Shown: positions 1-7,864 of the stretch, one piece after another | How positions within the stretch are numbered: the stretch's first letter is position 1 | How the letters are laid out: each line of letters opens with the position of its first letter | IMG/VR virus record: IMGVR_UViG_3300034116_000273 | Span: 1-30,783 of that record | Origin: a virus | Taxonomy: Duplodnaviria > Caudoviricetes | Length of the DNA stretch: 30,783 nt | Reading direction: 5' to 3' (one strand) | Translations under genes and position numbers: made by a program | Notes under the pieces: generated by a model | Told to the model about the DNA's origin: nothing | Database searches by the model: none | The model's input: only the letters and a program-made list of their open reading frames with translations

Positions 1-405
1 TGCATACAAGCCGTAGGCTGGTTCACCAACCCCTCCCGAAGGTCCTGTTAGCCCTGTATACAGGAGAATGTCTCCGTTTAGGGACACCGAGTATTCCTCG
101 CCTGCTAGGATGTACACCTCTGCTGCTAGCCCCGTGCCGCCGTAGAAGGGCGTGGTGGATAAAAGGGGTAAGTTCTGGGTGATGTTGATGTCCGCCTGGA
201 CTAGCGAGCTGACGTCTATCAGTCCTCTCCCTGCAGGATTAGGTGGGGTTTTGAATCTCAGCGGCCCTGTAGCTCCGCCTACATACACGTCGAAGACATA
301 GCGGAAGTTGTAGTTATAGGTTGCGTTCGACTCGACCATCCACACCATCGGGTTGTAAGCCGAGGAAAATATAGGTGGAGACTGTAGGGTATTAGTGATT
401 GCCAT
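1..405 (-). CDS. Putative tail/baseplate structural protein, N-terminal part (runs off window start)
   Basis: Not in ORF track. My translation from ATG at 405: MAITNTLQSPPIFSSAYNPMVWMVESNATYNYNFRYVFDVYVGGATGPLRFKTPPNPAGRGLIDVS...GEPAYGLYA, open to base 1. The ATG overlaps the upstream TAA (TAATG). In frame with the ORF entering at 30783. Confidence 0.8.
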   Translation of the reverse strand, partial: MAITNTLQSPPIFSSAYNPMVWMVESNATYNYNFRYVFDVYVGGATGPLRFKTPPNPAGRGLIDVSSLVQADINITQNLPLLSTTPFYGGTGLAAEVYILAGEEYSVSLNGDILLYTGLTGPSGGVGEPAYGLYA

Positions 406-680
406 TATCGTAATTGTGTTCTTAGATTTAGTTCTTGTTTTCTGATATCGTCTTTTTTCCAGGCGAGCCAGTTAAGGGCTGCTCGGAGAGGTAGTTCTGT
501 AGCGTCATTAAACCGGAGGGGATCTTCTCCAGATAAGACGTTAAAGAGGGTCCACCACTGTCGGGCTGGAGAGATTTTTCTAGGTCCTCCAGGTCTAGCA
601 GGTATGTCGAGTTCTTCTTCTCCAGGCTGGAAGAGTCCAGCATATTCTTTAGTGATTGACTTGCTGACTGCAAAAAAAAA
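405..680 (-). CDS. -1 frame C-terminal extension of tail assembly chaperone (gpGT-like)
   Basis: Open -1 frame from the T9 run (672-680): FAVSKSITKEYAGLFQPGEEELDIPARPGGPRKISPARQWWTLFNVLSGEDPLRFNDATELPLRAALNWLAWKKDDIRKQELNLRTQLR*. Its stop overlaps the next gene's ATG. Confidence 0.75.
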   Translation of the reverse strand, partial: FFFAVSKSITKEYAGLFQPGEEELDIPARPGGPRKISPARQWWTLFNVLSGEDPLRFNDATELPLRAALNWLAWKKDDIRKQELNLRTQLR

Positions 681-1189
681 GCGTTAGCGGACTTTATTGC
701 GGAGAGGGGGAGAAACTGAAATAACCTTTCCCTTTTCTTTGCGCCCTCGACTGTGTATTTTTCTAGTAAGATATAGTCTGGGGTCTCTTCGACTACGGGC
801 CTATAGACTATCGAGGCTATCTCTGCTAATCTCTTTTCTGGGCTAGGCCCCGAGGCTATAATGTCTAGGTCTGCGAACTCTCCGATGGTCATGTCCTCTA
901 TCTGGGGTAGGCCATACTTGACGCCCATAAACTCTATGATGGGCTGGATTGCTGCTGTGGTGTTCTGCCCCAGGATCATCTCCTCCACCTCTGACCACAG
1001 AAAAAACCAGTCGGAGGCCTTTAGTTCTCTGAGCGCTTCTTTAGGACACCCTGAGAGATATTCCACCACCTCGTAAGGCGTGTCTGCATCCGGGGCCTCT
1101 ATCAAGCCCATGACGTCTTTGTAGTTCTGCAGGTTGATGTCCCTCACTAGGTAGTCCTGGTTGTCTATGGTAAATTCTATTTTCTTCAT
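428..1189 (-). CDS. Putative tail assembly chaperone (gpG-like), 253 aa
   Basis: Start moved to ATG 1189 (MKKIEF...; ATGA overlap with the upstream stop). Contains MTIGEFADLD, acidic, has a GCT TTT TTT TTG slippery site, and lies in the tail module. Confidence 0.7.
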   Translation of the reverse strand: MKKIEFTIDNQDYLVRDINLQNYKDVMGLIEAPDADTPYEVVEYLSGCPKEALRELKASDWFFLWSEVEEMILGQNTTAAIQPIIEFMGVKYGLPQIEDMTIGEFADLDIIASGPSPEKRLAEIASIVYRPVVEETPDYILLEKYTVEGAKKRERLFQFLPLSAIKSANAFFLQSASQSLKNMLDSSSLEKKNSTYLLDLEDLEKSLQPDSGGPSLTSYLEKIPSGLMTLQNYLSEQPLTGSPGKKTISENKN

Positions 1190-1551
1190 AAATCTAGTTG
1201 TGCTTGTGCTTGCTCTAGTGCTTCCTCGAAAAACATCTCCGCTCTCGCCCACTGGGAATCGTCCAGCGATGACCAGAACCTAGGGACTATACCTCCTTCT
1301 CCTTTCTCTGGGTCCGGGGTAAATGGGCCTCGCTCTGTCGCCCTGTAATCTCTGGTACCAAAGTCAGTAAAGTCTCCATACTCTGTGGGGTCGTCAAGAG
1401 TAAAGGTGAACACGTCTCCTTCCCTTTCGTAGGTTGCCCTCACCGAGTCCATAAGGTTGCCAGTCTTGTAGGCGGAAACCTTTATCTGCCCCTGTACCAT
1501 TTCCTGGACATAGGCTGCTGTTCTCTCTGCTGCTATGGTGAATGGATCCAT
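1186..1551 (-). CDS. Neck/tail-completion protein (HK97 gp10-like)
   Basis: 121 aa with TGNLMDSV, YGxFxDFGT and PRFW motifs typical of this family; tail-module context. Confidence 0.6.
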   Translation of the reverse strand: MDPFTIAAERTAAYVQEMVQGQIKVSAYKTGNLMDSVRATYEREGDVFTFTLDDPTEYGDFTDFGTRDYRATERGPFTPDPEKGEGGIVPRFWSSLDDSQWARAEMFFEEALEQAQAQLDL

Positions 1552-1553
1552 GG

Positions 1554-2027
1554 TTAGTTAAAAGCCGCAGAACAAAGGTCGAAGGGCGAAGGAATAATAA
1601 TGTTTAGTTCTGCCGACCAGCCTGCTAGGTTGTTGTTGAACTTTTCCACAAAGGGCGTCAACCTGATCGGTGTCTGGATCTCCCAGTCTATCTCGGACGG
1701 GGGAGACATGATAACCCTAGAGAAAATGTCCTGCATGATCATCAGCGTGTTGTTGTGCGTGTTCTTCTGCAGATCTTCCTCGTTCTTAGCTATGTCTGCG
1801 ACGATCATAGTAAAGCCTAGAACCATCTTGCCGAACCTGTCCATAGAGGACGGTCTTGGTATCAAAAAGACGAAGGGATATCTCTGAAAAGGCTCTATGT
1901 TGGTCTGGATATCCACGTCGGACATTTCTCCTACCTGGAAATGCCTGACGGACATCTGCTGGAGACAAATGGTTTCCATTGCCTCTATGAGTTGTTTATA
2001 AGTGCGGGGTTCAGTATAAGCGGCCAT
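1554..2027 (-). CDS. Putative tail terminator/completion protein
   Basis: YPFVFLIP and PFVEKFNNNLAGW motifs. ATG 2027 preferred over GTG 2033 because it is 7 nt from the ATACTTA motif. Confidence 0.55.
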   Translation of the reverse strand: MAAYTEPRTYKQLIEAMETICLQQMSVRHFQVGEMSDVDIQTNIEPFQRYPFVFLIPRPSSMDRFGKMVLGFTMIVADIAKNEEDLQKNTHNNTLMIMQDIFSRVIMSPPSEIDWEIQTPIRLTPFVEKFNNNLAGWSAELNIIIPSPFDLCSAAFN

Positions 2028-2034
2028 ATACACT

Positions 2035-2060
2035 TAAGTATTATTTCTCAAGAAACTGCC
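2035..2060 (-). promoter_or_regulatory. Putative late promoter GGCA-N15-ATACTTA
   Basis: One of 8 fixed-spacing copies. Confidence 0.7.
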
Positions 2061-2599
2061 GAAGGAAGGATGTTCTCTATCTCTTTTAGTTTAGCCTCGT
2101 AGGCCTCGGACGCTTCCTCAGGTGTGTCAAATGATCCCAGATAATATGTCTTCCTGTTGTGCTGGTTGCCGACGTTTAGCCTAGCTCTAAACTTGCCCGT
2201 GCGCTTTACGACGTCCACGCCTCTGGGTAGTCCAGATTTTATAGTCCTCTCCTGGGACATGTTGTGTCTAGCCGTCGCCACCTCTAGGTTTTCTAAGCGG
2301 TTGTCCCAGCCGATCCCGTTTTTATGACACACAACCACAGATAATCCCTTGGGGACGTGTCCTAGAAAAGCCATAGCCACCAGCATGTGGGCTAGCATAT
2401 ACCTTGTTTTATCGCCTTTCTTACAAAGCGAGTAGGCGTGGTAGTAGTTACCGTTGCCCCACGGTTTAGTCTTAGACGGGGCTAGAAGTTGCTCTATTTT
2501 TTTCCCCCTGTAGTTTAGGGACTTTACTTGCCCCACAGTGGACACCTCGTATAGGCCTTCGTAGCCTGGGATGGGCGCCCAGATAATCTCTTGTTCCAT
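2048..2599 (-). CDS. NUMOD4-HNH-AP2 homing endonuclease
   Basis: WAPIPGYEGLYEVSTVGQVKS (NUMOD4), HMLVAMAF...CHKNGIGWDNRLENLE (HNH), GKFRARL...YLGSFDTPEEASEAY (AP2). Confidence 0.9.
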   Translation of the reverse strand: MEQEIIWAPIPGYEGLYEVSTVGQVKSLNYRGKKIEQLLAPSKTKPWGNGNYYHAYSLCKKGDKTRYMLAHMLVAMAFLGHVPKGLSVVVCHKNGIGWDNRLENLEVATARHNMSQERTIKSGLPRGVDVVKRTGKFRARLNVGNQHNRKTYYLGSFDTPEEASEAYEAKLKEIENILPSAVS

Positions 2600-2608
2600 T
2601 GTTTATGT

Positions 2609-2842
2609 TTATTTGAAGTCTTCCCAGTCTCCTAGACATTTGTCGTAGTCTGTAAACTTGGGGGAAGTTATTGTTCCTGTGGGCGTGTTAGCTTCCCACT
2701 GGTAGTAGTTGCCTGTGCGGTAGATGCGGTAGGGAACTTTTACCTCTATGGGGTCTAGGTTTCCTGTGTTTAGGTAGTCGTAGACGTTCTCTGTAATAAA
2801 GCCTTTTACTAGAGTTACTGGTTTTTGGGTTTGGTTTTTCAT
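2609..2842 (-). CDS. Hypothetical protein, 77 aa
   Basis: Fills the gap, has an A-rich start, and is preceded by a GAAAC-N17-CTATAA motif. Confidence 0.75.
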   Translation of the reverse strand: MKNQTQKPVTLVKGFITENVYDYLNTGNLDPIEVKVPYRIYRTGNYYQWEANTPTGTITSPKFTDYDKCLGDWEDFK

Positions 2843-2854
2843 ATTTTATATATA

Positions 2855-2882
2855 TTATAGACTATATATATAAAAAAGTTTC
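2855..2882 (-). promoter_or_regulatory. Putative early/middle promoter GAAAC-N17-CTATAA
   Basis: One of 4 fixed-spacing copies. Confidence 0.65.
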
Positions 2883-2902
2883 CCTTTTTTTGAAACTTTT
2901 TT
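2872..2902. terminator. Inverted repeat at TerL stop (possible terminator)
   Basis: AAAAAAGTTTC (2872-2882) / GAAACTTTTTT (2892-2902), 9-nt loop. Confidence 0.4.
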
Positions 2903-4158
2903 TAATCCCCTCCGCCGAAGACAGAATAGCCGCTCCTCCTGCCCGTCACTGCATACCTAGAACCCTCCTGGTGCAGGGCCATCACCCCGTACCTCAGGGC
3001 GTCCATCAAGTGGTTATAGTCGTCTATGGGTTTATCCGTGCCCGTCCGGTATGCATAGTTGTAGTACTCCTGGATCATGTTCTCCGAACCTGGGTGGACA
3101 AACACGTTGTAGGATCTTAGCCTGTCTATTCCGGCCCTCACTGAATCAGGTCCTTTGGTCGCTGGGCTTATATTCTTCCAGCCCATCCTCCTTAGCGTCT
3201 CGATGGACTTGGGCTCTGCCGAGTCTGCGTATATGCTAGCGTTCTTGGGTAGGCCTAGCCTTTCTAGGTTAGCCGAGATGTCCTCGTTGGTTAGCCCCGT
3301 CTTATACAGCAGCTCCTCTATCCACAGGGACTTGCCTCTCTTGTGTATCTTTACCAGGGCGGTCGGGTCGCTAGAGAACCCCCAGTCAAGCCCGTAAACA
3401 ATTTCGGCCTCTGGGTCGGGCGAGAAGGTAAACTCCCAGTTCTTGAACACCTGCCCGTCTCCTATGTCTCTCCAGTCCCCTCTGATGTGGTGGTCGTAGT
3501 AGTCCGGGTCGTGGACTTTTAGGTCTTCCCACTCTTCTATCTTTTTGGGGTCTAGGTTTCCCGAGTTGTCTTTGTAGGTCGTGTGTAGGTAGCCGTGGTT
3601 GTGTGTCCACTTGGGGTTGGGTTGCCCGTCCGGTAAAAAGAACCTCTTAAAGATCCAGTGCGACTTAGCTGTTGGGTTAAACAGAAGGAAAATCTTCCTG
3701 TCCGAACCCTTCTGTCTGAATGAGTCGATGAGTTTAATGTATTCTTCCTCCATGGGTAATTCCGTTGCTTCATCTATTAACAAGTGCGTCACACGTGCAA
3801 GCCCCTTTCCCTTAGCCGTTACAGTCCCCTCCTGCAACCTCATAGCGTGGGTGGTGATCATGTTCTTAGAACCAACTGCTCTTATTTCTTCCCCCTTTAT
3901 AGTTAGGTAGGGCGCAACCCCCCAGTCGGCCACTAGGTCTAGGATGTCTCTGTATATGGAAGAAGATATAGATTTCTGGGTATACCTTGTTACAACTCCT
4001 CGGAAATACTCGGGGGACAGAAGTTTCATTAGGAAGTATGCAGCAGCCTGTGTGGACTTACCGCTTGCTCTTCCCCCCGAGATAACCCAGTAGGTCTTGT
4101 CCTCTGAGAAAACTGGGGCGAACCAATCTAGGAACCTGAACTGTTTAGTCTTGCTCAT
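2902..4158 (-). CDS. terL: Terminase large subunit (PBSX-like)
   Basis: Walker A GGRASGKS, Walker B LLIDEA, FNP motif, nuclease GLDWGFSSDP, ADSAEPKSI, DDYNHLMDALRY. Confidence 0.95.
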   Translation of the reverse strand: MSKTKQFRFLDWFAPVFSEDKTYWVISGGRASGKSTQAAAYFLMKLLSPEYFRGVVTRYTQKSISSSIYRDILDLVADWGVAPYLTIKGEEIRAVGSKNMITTHAMRLQEGTVTAKGKGLARVTHLLIDEATELPMEEEYIKLIDSFRQKGSDRKIFLLFNPTAKSHWIFKRFFLPDGQPNPKWTHNHGYLHTTYKDNSGNLDPKKIEEWEDLKVHDPDYYDHHIRGDWRDIGDGQVFKNWEFTFSPDPEAEIVYGLDWGFSSDPTALVKIHKRGKSLWIEELLYKTGLTNEDISANLERLGLPKNASIYADSAEPKSIETLRRMGWKNISPATKGPDSVRAGIDRLRSYNVFVHPGSENMIQEYYNYAYRTGTDKPIDDYNHLMDALRYGVMALHQEGSRYAVTGRRSGYSVFGGGD

Positions 4159-4540
4159 CCGTGATGTCTATGTAGGGTAAACCTTTAGCCTCGTTAGCCC
4201 CGCCAGGGATAATAATCTGGATGGGCTGGATGGTGTCTATGCCTATTAGAGGAGACTCGATGTAGCCTCTCTCTTTACCCCTGGTCTTAAGGTAAAAAAT
4301 GGTCGCTGCAGTGTTTCCTTCTCTTATCTGTCTGAACAGCTGGGACTCCACAAAGTCTAGGGTGACGGCCTGGATGTTGTCTGCTTTCTCTTTGAAATCC
4401 GGGTCCTCGTTATAAAACTTGTAGTAGGTGGTCCGGCCTATCCCAGCCTCTCTGCAGGCCGTAGTGACGACGCCCAGGGCTCTTTCCAGCGCCGCGAGCA
4501 CGCGCTCTTTCTCTTGTTCTATTCTGTTCTCTAGCGACAT
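4145..4540 (-). CDS. terS: Terminase small subunit (HTH)
   Basis: GVVTTACREAGIGRTTYY HTH and ATIFYLKTRGKERGY; directly upstream of and overlapping terL. Confidence 0.8.
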   Translation of the reverse strand: MSLENRIEQEKERVLAALERALGVVTTACREAGIGRTTYYKFYNEDPDFKEKADNIQAVTLDFVESQLFRQIREGNTAATIFYLKTRGKERGYIESPLIGIDTIQPIQIIIPGGANEAKGLPYIDITDEQD

Positions 4541-4541
4541 C

Positions 4542-5390
4542 TTATTTGTTCTTTTTAAACTGCTTAGTTAGACTAGCCAGGTGTTCTGGGTCCAACCTAT
4601 TCTTTTCCTTTTTGGTCTTCGCTTTTCTTACCCTTTCTATCTCTCCCTGGATGGGCTCACATTTCCACATCTGCTCTAGAGAATAATAAACCAAAGAAAA
4701 CCTGTAGGCCATGGGGTTTTTATAGTCGATTGGGGATACGCCGTGGAGAATGTCTTGTCCGTTGAAAATTGTGAGGGTGTTGTCTGCAACCTCTAGGGCT
4801 AGGTCTAGTTCGGGAATAACCAGGTATCCCCCTTCCACGTCCGACTTGAACACCACCATGTTGGACAGCATTCCCTTGAAGTTTCCAGAATCGTAGTGGT
4901 ATTTTAGCGGGTTGTTCTTGTTTACGATCCCAGAAGTAAAGGGCGAGTTGCTCATCTTCCAGTCTTCTAGGACTTTCTCCTTCACCGTGTCTTCGTGCTC
5001 CTGGTATTTCTGGGGGAAGTAGGTTTCGTAGTAGACTTTTAGCTGCTCTGCAAATGTCGTAATAACGTGGTGGTTCTTGGGATACTGGGTCGCCATCGAG
5101 GCCACTGTGCAGTAGTCGTTTCTCATCGGGATGCGGGGCGAATAACCAAACACCTTAGACTGCGTTGCAAGCCCGTTGGTTCTGGTCCCGTTGGGGTATT
5201 TCATGTTCTTAGCCGCCCAGCGTAAAGCAGAAGTGTCCTCTTTTAGCCTCGTGTAGAATAAGATGGGCTGTCCATTTTCGTAGATGATGCAGTCGTCCGA
5301 CATAATCTTACTGACGTCCGACACTAGTGCAGTTCTCTTGACGTATTCTTTTTTATCTATCGGCTTACGGATTAGATGTAGTTCTTTCAT
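4542..5390 (-). CDS. 2OG-Fe(II) dioxygenase, TET/JBP-like
   Basis: HxD (YHYDSGN), distal His (ILHGVSPI), 2OG-binding Arg (YRFSLVYY), GGYLVIPE. Start set at ATG 5390 (ATGA overlap). Confidence 0.8.
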   Translation of the reverse strand: MKELHLIRKPIDKKEYVKRTALVSDVSKIMSDDCIIYENGQPILFYTRLKEDTSALRWAAKNMKYPNGTRTNGLATQSKVFGYSPRIPMRNDYCTVASMATQYPKNHHVITTFAEQLKVYYETYFPQKYQEHEDTVKEKVLEDWKMSNSPFTSGIVNKNNPLKYHYDSGNFKGMLSNMVVFKSDVEGGYLVIPELDLALEVADNTLTIFNGQDILHGVSPIDYKNPMAYRFSLVYYSLEQMWKCEPIQGEIERVRKAKTKKEKNRLDPEHLASLTKQFKKNK

Positions 5391-6079
5391 TTTATTTTTA
5401 GTAAGATTTCGTTTGGTCTTTTTGAATTTAGTTTTAGGTATTTGGGCCATTTTTCTAGCAGGTAAGAGATGTTCTTCTTCTCCTCTAGCGATGTTCTGTA
5501 ATCAACCGCTCCTCCCTTGTTGTCGTAGTGTTTAAAGTGGAAGAGATATTTTTCCCAGCGCAGAATTATTCCCGAGTGTTTAAAGTGCTGGAGGGTAAAG
5601 TCGTAGTCTTCTTTTAGAGTTAGCCTGGGGTCGAACCTTACTGGGGTTGGTTTTACGCCGAAGAAATCCCCAATCACAAACCTGTTCTTCTCGATTAAGT
5701 TCTGTGAATAAAATGAATTAGCAGTTGGTGCTATCCCGACTAGGTTTACCTGGGGAATATCGTTCAAGAACTTTGCGTATTCTTCTATAGTTTCCAAGAG
5801 GGTTAGTTCTTGTTTAGGAAAAAAGTTGGTGTTGATCTTGATGGACATGAGGTCGTCCGACACTTGGAAACAAATCTTACCTTCTGCTGCTGCATGATCA
5901 AGCGCCCAGTTGCGGGATTCGATGAGGGTGCCCGTCTCGTTTACGCGTTTACACCCGGCCGCCTTGTATTCCTCTAGTTGTCCCGCCGGTACGCAAAAAT
6001 AATACAGGGCCTTTTCTTGGTCGGTAAAAGGAAGATCGTTAGACCTTCCTGCGCTGATAACGTAAACACTGTGCTCCAT
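5387..6079 (-). CDS. GT-A fold glycosyltransferase, TET-associated type
   Basis: VISAGR, SRNWALDHA, QVSDDL, KEDYDFTLQ, NKGG, LLEKWP; translationally coupled to the oxygenase. Confidence 0.75.
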   Translation of the reverse strand: MEHSVYVISAGRSNDLPFTDQEKALYYFCVPAGQLEEYKAAGCKRVNETGTLIESRNWALDHAAAEGKICFQVSDDLMSIKINTNFFPKQELTLLETIEEYAKFLNDIPQVNLVGIAPTANSFYSQNLIEKNRFVIGDFFGVKPTPVRFDPRLTLKEDYDFTLQHFKHSGIILRWEKYLFHFKHYDNKGGAVDYRTSLEEKKNISYLLEKWPKYLKLNSKRPNEILLKIK

Positions 6080-6663
6080 TAGTTGTTTGCTCTATAGTTC
6101 TCCATCAAGAAAATAAAAGCCTGGGTGTTGGACTCCATGTCTTCTTGCTTACAAATACCGTCTAAAAAGTTTACTACGTCTTCGTACTGCTGGGCGTCGA
6201 AATACAGAACAACCTGTTTTATCTTTGCGTTGATGTAAGCATCAAGCTTATTACCTAGATCAGAATGATCAAACTCGGGCTCTACATCATCATCAAAATA
6301 AGACTTTGGAATATCTAATCCCCAATCGGACAAATCATTTGTTGACCATTCGTCTATTAACACGTCCCAATCCCATTCTCCAAAAGAAGCATTATCCTTA
6401 ATAACAAACTCTTTCTGCTGTTCTTCTGACAAATCACTAGCCTTGATGATAGGAACTTGTTTTAGGCCGGCCGCGATGCAGGCTTTTAATCTCATGTTGC
6501 CCCCTAACACGATCATATCGTCGTTTACGACTATTGGTCTTAGGTCTAGCATTTGTGGAAAAGATTTGATTGACTGGACTAGTTTTTCAAACTTGTCGTC
6601 TCTAATAAACCTAGGATTAGAAGGATTTTCCTTTACCTTGGTGATTTCTACTGTTTGTATCAT
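6079..6663 (-). CDS. ParB/Sulfiredoxin-like N-terminal domain protein
   Basis: NPSNPRFI, LRPIVV, VLGGNMRLKA, FVIKDNASFGEWD. Confidence 0.85.
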   Translation of the reverse strand: MIQTVEITKVKENPSNPRFIRDDKFEKLVQSIKSFPQMLDLRPIVVNDDMIVLGGNMRLKACIAAGLKQVPIIKASDLSEEQQKEFVIKDNASFGEWDWDVLIDEWSTNDLSDWGLDIPKSYFDDDVEPEFDHSDLGNKLDAYINAKIKQVVLYFDAQQYEDVVNFLDGICKQEDMESNTQAFIFLMENYRANN

Positions 6664-6706
6664 ATTTTATATATATTTGTTTTATTCCTTTACTGTTGTC
6701 AGGAGA

Positions 6707-6733
6707 GGTTATAGGGGCTGAACCCCTATAACC
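6707..6733. repeat. Perfect 11-bp inverted repeat
   Basis: GGTTATAGGGG-ctgaa-CCCCTATAACC. Confidence 0.9.
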
Positions 6734-6739
6734 AAACCC

Positions 6740-7125
6740 CTTACGCAGACAATAACTAGTTTGTTTAGTTTTGTTTTCGTACCGATAATTTATTCTATTT
6801 GCGATTTTGGACTTTTGTTTCTGATAATTAAGACTCTTTTGACTAACTTGTCTTTTTGTAACTGTGTCGGCGGGTCCTATGAATTTAGTTGAAAAAGATA
6901 ATATGTGATGTTTTGACTTACTCTAAAAAGGTAAGTCTGTTGCCGTAGTGGATTGCAAGGTACCGTCCCGCCGTAGCAAAATTCATAAAAGATTTACGTC
7001 TGTACCGATGCACTAGGGGCTTTGTCCAGGTCAGCCTCACGCTATGCGTTTGCCCCGGGGCTCCTACCTTCTTGATTTACACCAACAGTTTATGGTGGTT
7101 CTCCGACTAGCGGATGGTTGTTTAA
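6740..7125 (-). ncRNA. Candidate structured non-coding element
   Basis: Longest ORF-free gap in the window; crossing complementary segments plus hairpins. Strand assumed from flanking genes. Confidence 0.4.
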
Positions 7126-7128
7126 TTA

Positions 7129-7365
7129 CTATAGTTGGATTTCAGAAAAAGTTTCTCCAGGTTTGTTTTTATTTTTCCAGAAGAGGTCTAGTCTTTTTTC
7201 TCTTCTTTTTTTAGCCCTAGCCCTTTCTCTTTGTCTAGCTTGTACACGCTTTAAAGCCTCGGCCTCCTCCTGAGGAACAAACTTATCTTCACTCTTTACC
7301 TCCTTGCCTCTAACAGATATAGAGGTAAACTTTTCTTTTTTTTCTAGGTATTCTTTTCTGCTCAT
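7129..7365 (-). CDS. Small basic (K/R-rich) hypothetical protein
   Basis: 78 aa, operon-like spacing. Confidence 0.65.
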   Translation of the reverse strand: MSRKEYLEKKEKFTSISVRGKEVKSEDKFVPQEEAEALKRVQARQRERARAKKRREKRLDLFWKNKNKPGETFSEIQL

Positions 7366-7370
7366 AATTT

Positions 7371-7595
7371 TTAGAATAAACTTGTGTCCGGCCCCATGTT
7401 TTGGTACAACTTACGGACGTGGTTTACCACTGATCTGCGACAAGATCCGCATCCAGTGTCCTGTCTATTTTCCCCGAAGTGGAGATTAAAGATCTGGTAA
7501 GTGTAAAGAAGTTCTTCTGGTTGCCAAATCTTTTTCCCATTGGTTTCATACCAGTGGGCTTTTTCTTCTAACATTTTTCTTACCTCGGGCGTCAT
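7371..7595 (-). CDS. Small CxxC protein
   Basis: DTGCGSCRRSV; ATGA overlap with the upstream ORF. Confidence 0.75.
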   Translation of the reverse strand: MTPEVRKMLEEKAHWYETNGKKIWQPEELLYTYQIFNLHFGENRQDTGCGSCRRSVVNHVRKLYQNMGPDTSLF

Positions 7596-7864
7596 AGTTG
7601 TTGGTGTAATTTATCAGTTTGGTTCGCTAGCCACGCTGTCGCTAGTGCTGTTATCATCGCTAGTGGAAGATCCGTCTGGAAATAAGTCAGTTGCAGGATC
7701 AGTTGGCTCCACATCGATAAACACTCCGAGCAGTTCAGGGGTTTCCGATTCAAGTTCAGTTTGTTCAGCGTCCACTGATACGGGCGGCTGTGTATTAAGG
7801 ATGGCGTTGCGCTCGCAACTAGAACAGCCTGCAATATCAGATTCGTTAAGAGTAAAGTTGTCAT
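7592..7864 (-). CDS. Small membrane protein with CxxC (DUF1360-like)
   Basis: Hydrophobic segments flanking KPLNCSECLSMW; stop coupled to the next start. Confidence 0.6.
   Translation of the reverse strand: MTTLLLTNLILQAVLVASATPSLIHSRPYQWTLNKLNLNRKPLNCSECLSMWSQLILQLTYFQTDLPLAMITALATAWLANQTDKLHQQL

Noticed and set aside
1190-1252. N-terminal extension of the 274-aa ORF
   Set aside because: Overlaps the upstream gene; ATG 1189 with ATGA coupling is the better start
2892-2919. Plus-strand GAAACTTTT as promoter for ORF 2890..3120
   Set aside because: No CTATRA at 17 nt; the ORF is antisense to terL
5391-5450. N-terminal extension of the oxygenase ORF
   Set aside because: Lies inside the GT gene; ATG 5390 is coupled to its stop
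6740-7125. tRNA, tmRNA or group I intron call for the gap
   Set aside because: No cloverleaf, T-loop or intron core recognised, and no interrupted gene flanks it
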